Shown piece by piece: positions 1 through 9,322 of a stretch of DNA of 64,000 nucleotides. The stretch spans positions 32,001 to 96,000 of the forward strand of contig CAVSQB010000009.1 in the NCBI GenBank assembly GCA_963729895.1, in the 5' to 3' direction. The notes beneath the pieces were generated by a model. That model saw only the letters and a list, made by a program, of their open reading frames with translations, was not told the origin of the DNA and did no database searches. Numbering within the stretch: the first letter of the stretch is position 1; every line of letters begins with the position of its first letter. The translations under genes and the position numbers were made by a program. The DNA is from an uncultured Fibrobacterota bacterium. GTDB taxonomy: Bacteria; Fibrobacterota; Chitinivibrionia; Chitinivibrionales; FEN-1185.

Positions 1-571
1 GCACGGAAAAGTGACCGGCGTGAGATGCAGGCCTATGCGGCCGGGTCAGTTCGACAATTCGGGCCGCCGCAGGCCGGAACCGGTCGATGGAAAAGACTAC
101 GTCCTTGAAGCCGACCAGGTGATCGCGGCCATCGGCCAGCGCGTTGACACAAAAGAAGTTTTCGACGGCATCACCCTCGCAACCACCGCATGGGGCACCA
201 TCGAGACGAACCGCGCCAACGGCCGGACTTCGGTGCCGTGGATATTTTCCGGCGGCGACGCCGCCAGCGGCCCGTCGAGCGTGGTCGAGGCAATTGCGGC
301 AGGCGAACGCGCCGCGGTTGGTATCGACGCGTTCCTCACCGGCGAAAGCCACGCGTTCTGGCGTCACGAAGCGGAGACGGCAACCGCGTTCGACCCGGAC
401 GCCGATCCCGTGCCCTACGGCCGGGAAAAGCAGCCGGCAATCAGCATTGACAAAAGGCGCAACAACTTCAACGAGGTTGAACAGAGCTGGACCGAAGACG
501 TGGCCATTTGCCAGGCAAAACGCTGCCTGCGCTGCGACTGGGGCAAAAAAACAGTGCACGAAAGGAGATAA
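1..571 (+). CDS. C-terminal part of a GltD-like FAD/NAD(P)-dependent oxidoreductase (5' truncated by window edge), probably a hydrogenase partner subunit
   Basis: ADQVIAAIGQ, IFSGGDAASGPSSVVEAIAAG and terminal AKRCLRCD motifs typical of GltD/NfnB-family C-termini; ends 5 bp before hydA. Confidence 0.8.
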   Translation, partial: HGKVTGVRCRPMRPGQFDNSGRRRPEPVDGKDYVLEADQVIAAIGQRVDTKEVFDGITLATTAWGTIETNRANGRTSVPWIFSGGDAASGPSSVVEAIAAGERAAVGIDAFLTGESHAFWRHEAETATAFDPDADPVPYGREKQPAISIDKRRNNFNEVEQSWTEDVAICQAKRCLRCDWGKKTVHERR

Positions 572-576
572 AGGCC

Positions 577-2349
577 ATGCCGGCCATAACCATCAACAAT
601 ACGCAGGTTACCGTTCCGGAGGGAACAACCATTCTCGCAGCTGCAAAGCGCGCGGGAGTTCACATACCCACGCTTTGTTTTCTTGAAGGACTCGACGCAA
701 TCGGCGCATGCCGCATCTGTGTCGTGGAGGTTGAAGGCGCAAAGAGCCTTGTTGCCTCGTGCTCCGTCCCGGTCACGGAGGGTATGAAAGTCAGAACCAA
801 TTCCAAGCGCGTTCGCGAAGCGCGCCGCACCGTGATGGAATTGCTGCTTTCCGAGCACGACGGAGACTGCCAGACCTGCGAGCGGAACGAAGACTGCGAG
901 CTGCAGAAAATAGCAAGCGACCTCGGCATCCGCTCGGTGCGGTATGCAGGCGAGAGGACCTCGGCTCGTCTTGACGAGAGCACGCCGGGGCTGGTGCGCA
1001 ACAACTCCAAGTGCATCAAGTGCAGGCGATGCGTTGCGGTATGCAACAACACGCAGAAGGTCGGCGCGTTGTTCCCGCAGTGGCGCGGCTTTAAGACCGT
1101 TATCGGGCCGGCGTTCGCTTCGGATCTTGGCAGCGTGACATGCGTTCAATGCGGCCAGTGCGCCGCCGTCTGCCCTGTCGGCGCAATAGTGGAACACAGC
1201 CACATCCAGAAAGTCTGGGACGCGCTCGAGGATCCGAAAAAAACCGTTGTGGTGCAAACCGCCCCGGCGGTTCGCGCAGCGCTCGGCGAGTGCTTCGGGT
1301 ATGAACCCGGAACCCTTGTGACAGGCAAAATGGTGTCGGCCCTGCGGCGTCTCGGGTTTGCTACCGTATTCGATACCAATTTCACCGCAGACCTTACCAT
1401 CATAGAAGAAGGAACCGAACTCCTCACCCGTCTCAAGAAAGCTATCCTGGACAAGGAACCGGTTGCGCTTCCGCAGTTTACAAGCTGCTCGCCCGGATGG
1501 ATCAAGTATGTGGAACATTTCTATCCGGAACTTCTCCCCAACCTTTCCACCTGTAAATCGCCGCAGCAGATGTTCGGCGCGCTTGCCAAAACGTACTGGG
1601 CGCAGAAAGTAGGCAAGCGGCCTGAGGAGATCTTTGTCGTGTCGATCATGCCGTGCACCGCCAAGAAATTCGAAGCCGCCAGGCCCGAAATGAACGACAG
1701 CGGGTCGCAGGACGTTGACGCTGTGCTGACCACACGCGAACTGGCCCGCATGATCAAACAGGCCGGCATCGACTTTGCGGGGCTGGAAGACGACACGTTC
1801 GACCGTGTGATGGGCGTATCCTCGGGAGCGGGCGACATTTTCGCCAACACCGGCGGCGTCATGGAAGCGGCGCTGCGCACCGCATACGAAATTGTGACCG
1901 GCAGGCCGCTCCCGTTCGATCTCCTGCACGTGCAGCCGATAGCCGGACTCGAAGGCATAAAGGAAGCGCGGCTCACCATCACCGGCACCGTGCCCGAATG
2001 GTCGTTTCTCGAAAACGTGACCCTGAGCGTTGCCGTGTCGCACGGCCTGGGAAATGCGCAGAAGGTGATAGAGCGGATCACGTCCGGCAAGGCCGCATAC
2101 CACTTTGTCGAGGTCATGACCTGCCCGGGCGGTTGCATCGGCGGCGGCGGTCAGCCCCGGCTCACCAATGACGCCAAACGGAAGCAGAGGATCAAGGCAA
2201 TTTACAAAGAAGATGAAAGCAAGAAACTGCGCAAGTCGCATGACAATCCGAAAGTGAAACAGGTGTATGGAGAATTTCTCAAGATTCCGCTTGGAGAAAA
2301 ATCACACCACCTGTTGCATACCACCTATACGGTGAGGGAACGCGTATAG
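577..2349 (+). CDS. hydA: [FeFe]-hydrogenase group A catalytic subunit with N-terminal 2Fe-2S, His-ligated 4Fe-4S and 2x4Fe-4S domains
   Basis: H-cluster motifs TSCSPGW, MPCTAKKFE, EVMTCPGGCIGGGGQP; HDGDCQTC; CIKCRRC and CVQCGQC; AAGGAG RBS before ATG 577. Confidence 0.95.
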   Translation: MPAITINNTQVTVPEGTTILAAAKRAGVHIPTLCFLEGLDAIGACRICVVEVEGAKSLVASCSVPVTEGMKVRTNSKRVREARRTVMELLLSEHDGDCQTCERNEDCELQKIASDLGIRSVRYAGERTSARLDESTPGLVRNNSKCIKCRRCVAVCNNTQKVGALFPQWRGFKTVIGPAFASDLGSVTCVQCGQCAAVCPVGAIVEHSHIQKVWDALEDPKKTVVVQTAPAVRAALGECFGYEPGTLVTGKMVSALRRLGFATVFDTNFTADLTIIEEGTELLTRLKKAILDKEPVALPQFTSCSPGWIKYVEHFYPELLPNLSTCKSPQQMFGALAKTYWAQKVGKRPEEIFVVSIMPCTAKKFEAARPEMNDSGSQDVDAVLTTRELARMIKQAGIDFAGLEDDTFDRVMGVSSGAGDIFANTGGVMEAALRTAYEIVTGRPLPFDLLHVQPIAGLEGIKEARLTITGTVPEWSFLENVTLSVAVSHGLGNAQKVIERITSGKAAYHFVEVMTCPGGCIGGGGQPRLTNDAKRKQRIKAIYKEDESKKLRKSHDNPKVKQVYGEFLKIPLGEKSHHLLHTTYTVRERV

Positions 2350-2367
2350 ACGGAATTAAGACAGGAT

Positions 2368-2395
2368 TCACCGCAAAGACGCGAAGAACGCAGAG
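2368..2395 (+). repeat. Single arm of a palindromic intergenic repeat family (TCACCGCAAAGACGCGAAGAACGCAGAG)
   Basis: Matches the arms at 21635 and 27787. Confidence 0.7.
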
Positions 2396-2454
2396 AAGAA
2401 ATAAGAAGATGAAATGGGGGTTTTACCGTTGCGGGAAAATATACCGATTCCAGC

Positions 2455-2481
2455 GTCATTGCGAGCGGAGCGCGGCAATCT
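2455..2481. repeat. Short REP-like palindromic element GTCATTGCGAGCGGAGCGCGGCAATCT
   Basis: Imperfect palindrome (ATTGC...GCAAT); resembles a widespread intergenic repeat from memory; single copy in this window. Confidence 0.4.
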
Positions 2482-2566
2482 CCGGTTGCTATTTTAGGAA
2501 AGAAAAGTCTTGTGCAGAAAACAAACGTGACAAATAGAAATCCACTCTAACAAACGAGGTGCTTGT

Positions 2567-2953
2567 ATGAACAACAAGATTCTTGTCGTCGACGACGACG
2601 TCGATTTCGTAGAAGCCACCACTACCCTGCTGGAAGCCAAAGGCTACAGTGTTGTGAGCGCGGCAAACGGTGAAGAAGGCTATGCAAAAGCGAAGGCCGA
2701 AAAACCGAACGCCATGCTGCTTGACGTGATGATGACGCACGACAGCGAAGGGTTCGACGTTGCCAGAAAGCTCAAGGAAGATCCGGCAACCAAGGGGATC
2801 CCTATTGTCATGATCACCGGAATCCGTAAAAGCAAGGCGCTTCCGTTCTCGTTTGAGCCGGATGATGACTGGCTGCCCGTTAGGGTGGTGCTGGAAAAGC
2901 CCGTGAAGCCGGATGAACTGCTCAAAACGGTGAAGGACGCGATTGCGTGCTGA
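2567..2953 (+). CDS. Single-domain response regulator (CheY-like receiver)
   Basis: ILVVDDD, LLDVMM phospho-Asp, MITG, EKPV; GAGG RBS. Confidence 0.93.
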   Translation: MNNKILVVDDDVDFVEATTTLLEAKGYSVVSAANGEEGYAKAKAEKPNAMLLDVMMTHDSEGFDVARKLKEDPATKGIPIVMITGIRKSKALPFSFEPDDDWLPVRVVLEKPVKPDELLKTVKDAIAC

Positions 2954-3189
2954 GACGCGATGCTGGAAAAGTTGCTTTTCGCATCAGGAAAAGATAGTTT
3001 TTTGAGGGTGAGCAGGTCTAAACGGTTCACACGGAGTAAAACGAACAGAACACATTGCAATCAAGACTCTCTAGTGGCAGGAAAATGACGGCGGTCCGCC
3101 CGACTGCTCGTGCTAAGATACTGTTCTGCAAAGAGAGTTCACAGTCGTAGTCCGGCATTGTACCATTGGCGCTGCCCCAGAAGACTTCC

Positions 3190-3714
3190 ATGACCAAGAA
3201 GAGGATCATTTTCATCATCGCGTCACTCGTGTTTATTTTTTGCCATTGGTACTTTGGAACAAGGGTATTCACTTTCTATTCCTATCCGATTTTTGATAAG
3301 CAACACTGGTATGCCGAACTATTGAAGACCTGGATTCACGACGAAGACAAGAAAAGGTTGCATGTTTGGAAAGACACCATTCCCGTTTTCATGTATGAAA
3401 GGAATATTGCATTGCCGAATGTGGAGGGCTTTACCATCATTTCACTCAATCCAAGATCGGCGGCATGGAACAGGTATCGCAACGGAAGATTTTGTCAGAT
3501 AATACAGGAAAAAGTCCATCGCACTCTGATGGGAAGAGAAATCAAATTAAGAATACGGGATAATTACAATGAGGATACGTCCGCATTCGATATCACGAAA
3601 TCGCGCATTTCCGTGCCGAGGGATTTGGACTTCCTGCTCATCGGGACTAAATACAGGTGGTCTATTCTGAAAGACGAAAAGGGAAAGGCCGGATCTTCAT
3701 CGCTTCATCTTTAA
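3190..3714 (+). CDS. Hypothetical membrane-anchored or exported protein
   Basis: N-terminal KKR plus hydrophobic stretch; AT-richer than neighbours; stop overlaps next ATG. Confidence 0.55.
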   Translation: MTKKRIIFIIASLVFIFCHWYFGTRVFTFYSYPIFDKQHWYAELLKTWIHDEDKKRLHVWKDTIPVFMYERNIALPNVEGFTIISLNPRSAAWNRYRNGRFCQIIQEKVHRTLMGREIKLRIRDNYNEDTSAFDITKSRISVPRDLDFLLIGTKYRWSILKDEKGKAGSSSLHL

Positions 3715-4715
3715 TGCACAGGCGCCTGCCGTGCCTGTTTTCCGTGTGCCTTGCATCGTGTATCCTTGCCCCGCTTGCATATTCACAAACATTCCTTGCC
3801 CCGGGCCGCCACAAAATCACCTTCAAGAGCAGTTACGATTCCACTTCGCAAACCGCGTACATCATTGTTCCTCAAAGCGCGAAACGGTCGTCGGCAGCAG
3901 TACCGGTTGTCGTTGCTTTGCACACCTGGAGCGCGAACGTGGAACAGCGCGACATGTACGGCGAACTTGAACGCCAGGCGCAGAAACGCGGCTGGCTGTA
4001 CCTGTTCCCGGACTTCCGGGGCGCCAACAACCACCCGCTTGCCTGCGGGTCAGACGCCGCTTGCCGCGACGTGATTGACGCGCTGGAATGGACCGTTGCG
4101 CATTTCACGGTGGATTCCAACCGCGTCTACCTTGCCGGAATGTCGGGCGGCGGGTACATGGCACTGCTGCTCGCCGCCCGCTATCCGTGGCGATGGACCG
4201 CGGTGAGCGCATGGGTGGGGATATCCGATCTGACATCCTGGTATGCGATGCATGCGCACCAGCAGTACGGCGACGACATGCGGCGCTGCTTCGGCGGTGC
4301 GCCGGAAAGCGGCCCGGACATTCGCGCCAGGTACCAATCGCGCTCTCCGCTTGCATTCCTGGCAATCGCCAGGAACGTCCCCTTCGATTTCGCGGCGGGC
4401 CGGGACGACGGCCACGGGAACAACCCGGTTCCCATTAGTCAAACGCTGGCTGCATTCAACGTCATTGCCCGGGCGCTGGGCACCGACACCGTTTCCGACG
4501 AGGAGACCACGCAGCTTTCCGCGTATGGCGGGAGGCTCTCCGCTCCGCACCCAAACGATACTGCGCAGGACCCTGTCTTTGCCCGGCGGATCTTCCTGCG
4601 CCGCTGTGCGGGTAACAGCCGCGTCACCATTTTCAGCGGCGGCCACGAATGGATCCCTGCCGCGGCGGCGGAATGGCTGGGAAATCATGTCGGGCTGGCA
4701 CCGGGCGGCAAATAG
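3714..4715 (+). CDS. Secreted alpha/beta-hydrolase (esterase / S9 peptidase-like)
   Basis: Signal peptide, VVALHTW, nucleophile elbow GMSGGG, candidate Asp (GRDD) and His (GGHE). Confidence 0.85.
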   Translation: MHRRLPCLFSVCLASCILAPLAYSQTFLAPGRHKITFKSSYDSTSQTAYIIVPQSAKRSSAAVPVVVALHTWSANVEQRDMYGELERQAQKRGWLYLFPDFRGANNHPLACGSDAACRDVIDALEWTVAHFTVDSNRVYLAGMSGGGYMALLLAARYPWRWTAVSAWVGISDLTSWYAMHAHQQYGDDMRRCFGGAPESGPDIRARYQSRSPLAFLAIARNVPFDFAAGRDDGHGNNPVPISQTLAAFNVIARALGTDTVSDEETTQLSAYGGRLSAPHPNDTAQDPVFARRIFLRRCAGNSRVTIFSGGHEWIPAAAAEWLGNHVGLAPGGK

Positions 4716-4761
4716 CGGCCGGAGTAAACGGTGTGAACGGTGATTACTGCGCTCGTCTCCC

Positions 4762-6141
4762 CTACTCCGTTATCGCCGGTTCAATTACCCGAAACCCTTT
4801 CCATTTCCCCCCTGCAAACCTTACCCACCACACAACAGCCTGAATCACCACAAACGCGGTCGCAATGAGCCATTCCGTAAACAACGTCCGATGGAAAACA
4901 TCCGCCGCTGCAAGCGCGACGATAAACCCGCCGTTCAGCACCAGAGAGGCAACCAGCGTCCACCGGGTGTCTCCGGCCGCAACAAGCGCGGCCACGAGCA
5001 CATAGTTCAACGCGTCAAGCAGGCAGTACAGCGCCACAAACCGCAGCAACATCACGCCAAGCCCGGCAAACCGGGCCAGCGATTCATGCGGCACTGCGTC
5101 GGCGGACACGAAAATGCCGAACAACTGCCGGGGAAACACAACGAAAACGACGGCCAGGGCGATCATCCACACCTGGGACAGAATGGTCCCCCGCAAAGTA
5201 GCTTTTGCGGAAATCTCGGGCCGCCGGGCGCCCTGGCCGTTTCCCACCAGAATCGCCACCGCCTGCGACAGGCCGATAACGGGGAAAAACGCGATGCCGT
5301 TTATCCTCCATGCAATGTTGGTGGCCGCAAGCTCTATGGCGCCGATGCGACCTACAAAAAACACAAAGACCGTCCATGCCGCCATTTCTACCGAAAACCG
5401 GATGCCGCCGGGAAATCCGAATCTCACAAGGCGGCCCAGCAGGTGCCAGTCCGGGCCGCGCGACCGCCACGTTGCCCATTGCCTGCGATTGGCCCGGCGC
5501 AGAAACGTCATGCCGAAAATCAAGGTAATGAGCGCCTGGGAAGAAACGGTTGCCAGCGCGGCGCCCGTAATGCCGAGTCGCGGCATGCCGAATTTGCCGA
5601 ATATCAACACATAGTCGAGCGTGCCGTTGACAGCGAGTCCCACGATATTCACGATCATCACCGCCCGTGTTTCGCCCCTGCCGGAAAAAAAACCGGACAG
5701 CGCGCTTCCGGCGACAAAGAAGAATGCACCGCAGCTGATGATGGTGAAGAACCTGACCTCCATGGCCTGAATAGGCGCGCTATGGCCAACAAAGGCAAAA
5801 AGCGGCTTTGCGCCGAACGCGACAAGTGCGAGCACAACGCCGGAAAATACCGAAAAGTAAATTCCCTGCCACACCGCCGAGGCAACCCGCTCCACCCGTT
5901 TGGCGCCGACATACTGGGCAACGAACGTGGAGGTGTACCCGGCCGTACCGGTGAATGCGCTTGACAAAAGCATTGCCGACATGAACGCCGGCACAACCGC
6001 GGCAATGGCGTCCGACGAGTACCACGAAAGGAAAATGGCGTCCATGAACTGCATGAGTACCACGCCGCTCATGGAAAGAATGAGCGGCGTGGCGAGCTTG
6101 AGGATGCCACGGTAGCTGACGGAGGCGTCGGTGCGAAGCAC
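4762..6141 (-). CDS. MATE family efflux transporter
   Basis: About 12 hydrophobic segments, LATPL, FGMPRLGITGAALAT, two G(E/D)T(R) repeats; start uncertain (GTG 6141 chosen). Confidence 0.9.
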   Translation of the reverse strand: MLRTDASVSYRGILKLATPLILSMSGVVLMQFMDAIFLSWYSSDAIAAVVPAFMSAMLLSSAFTGTAGYTSTFVAQYVGAKRVERVASAVWQGIYFSVFSGVVLALVAFGAKPLFAFVGHSAPIQAMEVRFFTIISCGAFFFVAGSALSGFFSGRGETRAVMIVNIVGLAVNGTLDYVLIFGKFGMPRLGITGAALATVSSQALITLIFGMTFLRRANRRQWATWRSRGPDWHLLGRLVRFGFPGGIRFSVEMAAWTVFVFFVGRIGAIELAATNIAWRINGIAFFPVIGLSQAVAILVGNGQGARRPEISAKATLRGTILSQVWMIALAVVFVVFPRQLFGIFVSADAVPHESLARFAGLGVMLLRFVALYCLLDALNYVLVAALVAAGDTRWTLVASLVLNGGFIVALAAADVFHRTLFTEWLIATAFVVIQAVVWWVRFAGGKWKGFRVIEPAITE

Positions 6142-6194
6142 TATTTCAGTTTTCCGTTGATTAGGGTCGGCGAATGACAGGCATTCTTGCGTAA

Positions 6195-7319
6195 TTAATA
6201 TACGTGCGGAGGAACCGCCGCGGCGCATCGTGCCGCAAAATGCCTCGGATCACCCCATGCGTTCAGCGTGATGTCCCTGCCCAGGGACCGTATCCTTTGT
6301 TCGAGACAGGTCCTGCAAACATCCGCGTTTTCATCCAAACACGGTTTTCCCTCGTAAAGCTGGTATTCCCTGCGAACGCGGGGCGGCGTTGCCTGCGGCA
6401 TCACAACGTTGGCGCCGTGCTGCAAACCCAACTCCCTTCCGAGCGGTTCCATCGCCTGCAACGCGGTTGTGGATGCAATGTTCACATCACGGCATACGAG
6501 CCTGGCGACCGCGATCATTCGCAGCGCGAGATCGAACACCTGTTTCTTGCGACCGGCCGCTTCCTGTCCAAGCCCGGCCAGGGGGGTCTGTTTGTGAACG
6601 ATGTACGGCCCCATGCCGATCATGTCGACATCCTGCCGTTTGAAAAACAAAATGTCGTCTGCCAGATCCGCGATGGCTTGACTGGGCAGGCCGATCATCA
6701 CCCCCGTGCCGACCTGATACCCTATGTCCCGGAGACAGATCAGGCTTTGCATACGGGCATCGAATGTTTGCCCGGCCGGATGCAGCCGCGAAAAGAGTTC
6801 GGGCGACGACGTTTCGATTCTCAGCAGGTACCGGTGCGCGCCGGCCTCAAAGAAGCGCCGGTACGTTTCCGGCGTTTGTTCGCCCACGCTCAGAGTAATC
6901 CCCAGCCCCTGCGGAAGGCCGGCGCTTGCCGTTTTTGCCTTGATCGCGGCAACCACATCTTCCACAAACACAACGAATTGACCGTCACGGCGTTCACCGG
7001 ACTGCAGAACCATCGATCCGTATCCCGCCTCTGCGCAGAACACGGCGGCTTCGACGATTTCCTCTTTGGACAAAGTGTACCGGTTCACTGCCGCGTTGCT
7101 TCTCCGTATGCCGCAGTAGCGGCAGTCGCACCGGCACTCGTTGGAAAATTCCACAAGGCCGCGCAAATAAACGTTGGTTCCGCAATTATCAACAAGAGTA
7201 TGGAACGCGGCCCGGCGGACGGCCTCGGCGTCCAAAGGGTCGGTTGCGGACAGCAGGGCGATGATGTCGTTTTTGTCAAATGATTGCTTAGTGAGAATAC
7301 GAGTTATGTTGCTGGACAT
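6195..7319 (-). CDS. hydE: [FeFe]-hydrogenase maturase HydE (radical SAM)
   Basis: RGLVEFSNECRCDCRYCG (CxxxCxxC), LQSGE, GANVVMP, YQLYEGKPC; in hydFG cluster. Confidence 0.93.
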   Translation of the reverse strand: MSSNITRILTKQSFDKNDIIALLSATDPLDAEAVRRAAFHTLVDNCGTNVYLRGLVEFSNECRCDCRYCGIRRSNAAVNRYTLSKEEIVEAAVFCAEAGYGSMVLQSGERRDGQFVVFVEDVVAAIKAKTASAGLPQGLGITLSVGEQTPETYRRFFEAGAHRYLLRIETSSPELFSRLHPAGQTFDARMQSLICLRDIGYQVGTGVMIGLPSQAIADLADDILFFKRQDVDMIGMGPYIVHKQTPLAGLGQEAAGRKKQVFDLALRMIAVARLVCRDVNIASTTALQAMEPLGRELGLQHGANVVMPQATPPRVRREYQLYEGKPCLDENADVCRTCLEQRIRSLGRDITLNAWGDPRHFAARCAAAVPPHVY

Positions 7320-7402
7320 CTGTTGCCCTTTAGCTAAGACATAGTTATACAAGAATCATTTGGATTGCTGAGCCGGTTCAGCCAGAGCTCTGGAAAAAGA
7401 TT

Positions 7403-7540
7403 TGGGCGTTTCCCTCGCTACGCTCGGGCCGGTCTCCCTCCGGGCTCGGCCGAAAGGCCTCGTTGCCACCCGCCCTACGCCTGTCGGCCGGGTCGGCCGG
7501 CAATCCCGCTTTGGCGGGACCGCTCCGGTCCACCTAACGC
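7403..7540. repeat. Structured intergenic element 1 (closed by GCGTT/AACGC, internal hairpins)
   Basis: Hairpins GGCC-GAAA-GGCC 7448-7459 and TCCCGC-TTTG-GCGGGA 7504-7519; terminal complementarity. Confidence 0.45.
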
Positions 7541-7621
7541 AAATCAAAACCAAAAAGTACGACACTCCTTTCCCTCAAAATTCACTTTCGCCTGTCAACT
7601 TTTGTTCGTCAACCGTTCTAT

Positions 7622-7795
7622 AGGTGCCCCGCACGAGTGCTTGCTTTCAGCAACCGCACTTGCTTGGGGGCCACCTGCAGAGGGGGCGTGGGTTCAGACA
7701 ACCGGCTACAATCGGTTCCGACAGTTGCAGCACGCCGGTTGACTGAACCTCAGGGGACGACGCTTGGAAGTACCCGACGGGGTAAACTTCCCCCA
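7622..7795. other. Structured intergenic element 2 (three consecutive long stem-loops); candidate ncRNA or repeat
   Basis: Stems 7622-7676, 7691-7749 (GGTTCAG/CTGAACC, CAACCGGC/GCCGGTTG) and 7766-7791. Confidence 0.45.
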
Positions 7796-7831
7796 TCAAA
7801 AAACCAATTCTCTAATCCATCATTTTTGATC

Positions 7832-9322
7832 CTAAAAATACAGGTCTCTCTCCCCTGCTTTTGTCCTCCCATAATTCTTCATGAATGCCTCATACACCAT
7901 CGGATTCCTTTCCCGTATTTCAGCTATTTCTTTGTCAATGACAACTTCTCCTGCCGCCTTTGTGGGCTCGCTTGCAAAATCATCCAGCCATTCCCGGAAA
8001 GTAATCACCGCGTTCAATTTGCAGAATTTGCCTTCCTGCCCGCTGCGCAGCAGATCCATGATGCATTTTCCCGTCCTTCCGCAACGGTATCCGGCGGTGC
8101 AGAACGAGGTGATGCAGCCCCGGTTTGCTAAATACCCGATGAGTTCGTCGAGCGAGCGGGTGTCGCCCAGAATAAACTGCTGGCGGTCCGGCTGCTGCTG
8201 TGGCTTCGCGTCGCTATACGCGCCAAGCCCCACTTTCGAGGACGCGTCCATCTGGGTGATGCCGAGGGGAACAAGGTTGTTTCGCATGTCGGCCGATTCG
8301 CGCGCAGTGAGGATCATGCCGGTATACGGAACCGCGAGCCTGAGCACGGTTATTGCCCGTCTGAATTCGTCGTCGGCGGGCGGATGCGGCAGGGCCGCGG
8401 TGAGCGGCGTGTTCTGCGCAGGCTCAATGCGGGGGAACGAAATGGTGTGCGGGCCGATGCCGAAAGTCCGTTCGAGCTCAATGGCGTGACAGAGCAGCCC
8501 CATCACCTCAAACTTCCATTTGTAAAGTCCGAACAGGGCGCCTATCCCGACATCCTCGATTCCCGCCTCCATGGCGCGATGCATGCAGTACAGCCGCCAC
8601 TGGTAATCCCCCTTGAGCGTGTCGGCCGGATGCATGGTGCGGTATGTCTCGTGGTGATACGTCTCATGGAACACCTGATAGGTGCCGAGGCCTACCTCGT
8701 GAAGGACCCGCAGGTCTTCCACGGTCATGGGCGCGGCATTCACATTGACGCGGCGAATGGAGCCGGACCCGTTTTTTGTTTTTGTTCGGACGCTGTAAAT
8801 TGTCCGAAGCGTCTCGGCAATATAGTCGGTATCGGACGCAGGATGTTCGCCATAGACCGCAATGAGCCGTTTGTGGCCGATCCCGCCAGCCAGGACCTCG
8901 GTCTCGCGCCGGACTTCGTCCTGCGTGAGAACGCCGCGTTTCATCTCGGCGTTTTCGTTTCTGAAACCGCAGTACCGGCAATTGTTGACGCACCTGGTGC
9001 TCATGTACAGCGGCGCAAATGTCACGATGCGGTTGTCATACACTTTTTTCTTTATGGCGAGCGCCGCCTCTTCCATTTCCGCAACAAGCGAGGGATCGCG
9101 CACGTTAAGCAGCGTTGCGGTCTCGGAGGGAGTCAGGGTCTGAATCGCGAGAGATTTCTGGATGATCGCGCGAACCGCCGCGGCGTCGCTCTTTGTGTTC
9201 TCGGCGAGAGCGCGTTCAAGTGCGCCATCGTCGATAAAATCCGTTGTCCCGGCCATGTATTTCACGCGCTGGCCACGGGGGATTCTTTTCTCGATCCACG
9301 AACCGATTGTTGTGGTACTCAT
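7832..9322 (-). CDS. hydG: [FeFe]-hydrogenase maturase HydG (radical SAM tyrosine lyase)
   Basis: FAPLYMSTRCVNNCRYCG, FHETYH, GPHTISFPRIEPA, C-terminal CX5CX19C auxiliary cluster motif. Confidence 0.95.
   Translation of the reverse strand: MSTTTIGSWIEKRIPRGQRVKYMAGTTDFIDDGALERALAENTKSDAAAVRAIIQKSLAIQTLTPSETATLLNVRDPSLVAEMEEAALAIKKKVYDNRIVTFAPLYMSTRCVNNCRYCGFRNENAEMKRGVLTQDEVRRETEVLAGGIGHKRLIAVYGEHPASDTDYIAETLRTIYSVRTKTKNGSGSIRRVNVNAAPMTVEDLRVLHEVGLGTYQVFHETYHHETYRTMHPADTLKGDYQWRLYCMHRAMEAGIEDVGIGALFGLYKWKFEVMGLLCHAIELERTFGIGPHTISFPRIEPAQNTPLTAALPHPPADDEFRRAITVLRLAVPYTGMILTARESADMRNNLVPLGITQMDASSKVGLGAYSDAKPQQQPDRQQFILGDTRSLDELIGYLANRGCITSFCTAGYRCGRTGKCIMDLLRSGQEGKFCKLNAVITFREWLDDFASEPTKAAGEVVIDKEIAEIRERNPMVYEAFMKNYGRTKAGERDLYF

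Noticed and set aside
415..2241. 608-aa minus-strand ORF, and similar long ORFs at 4891-5964, 9514-11265, 21688-23106, 39202-40608, 41946-43358, 55803-57224
   Set aside because: Antisense shadows of well-supported genes in GC-rich DNA; no motifs of their own.
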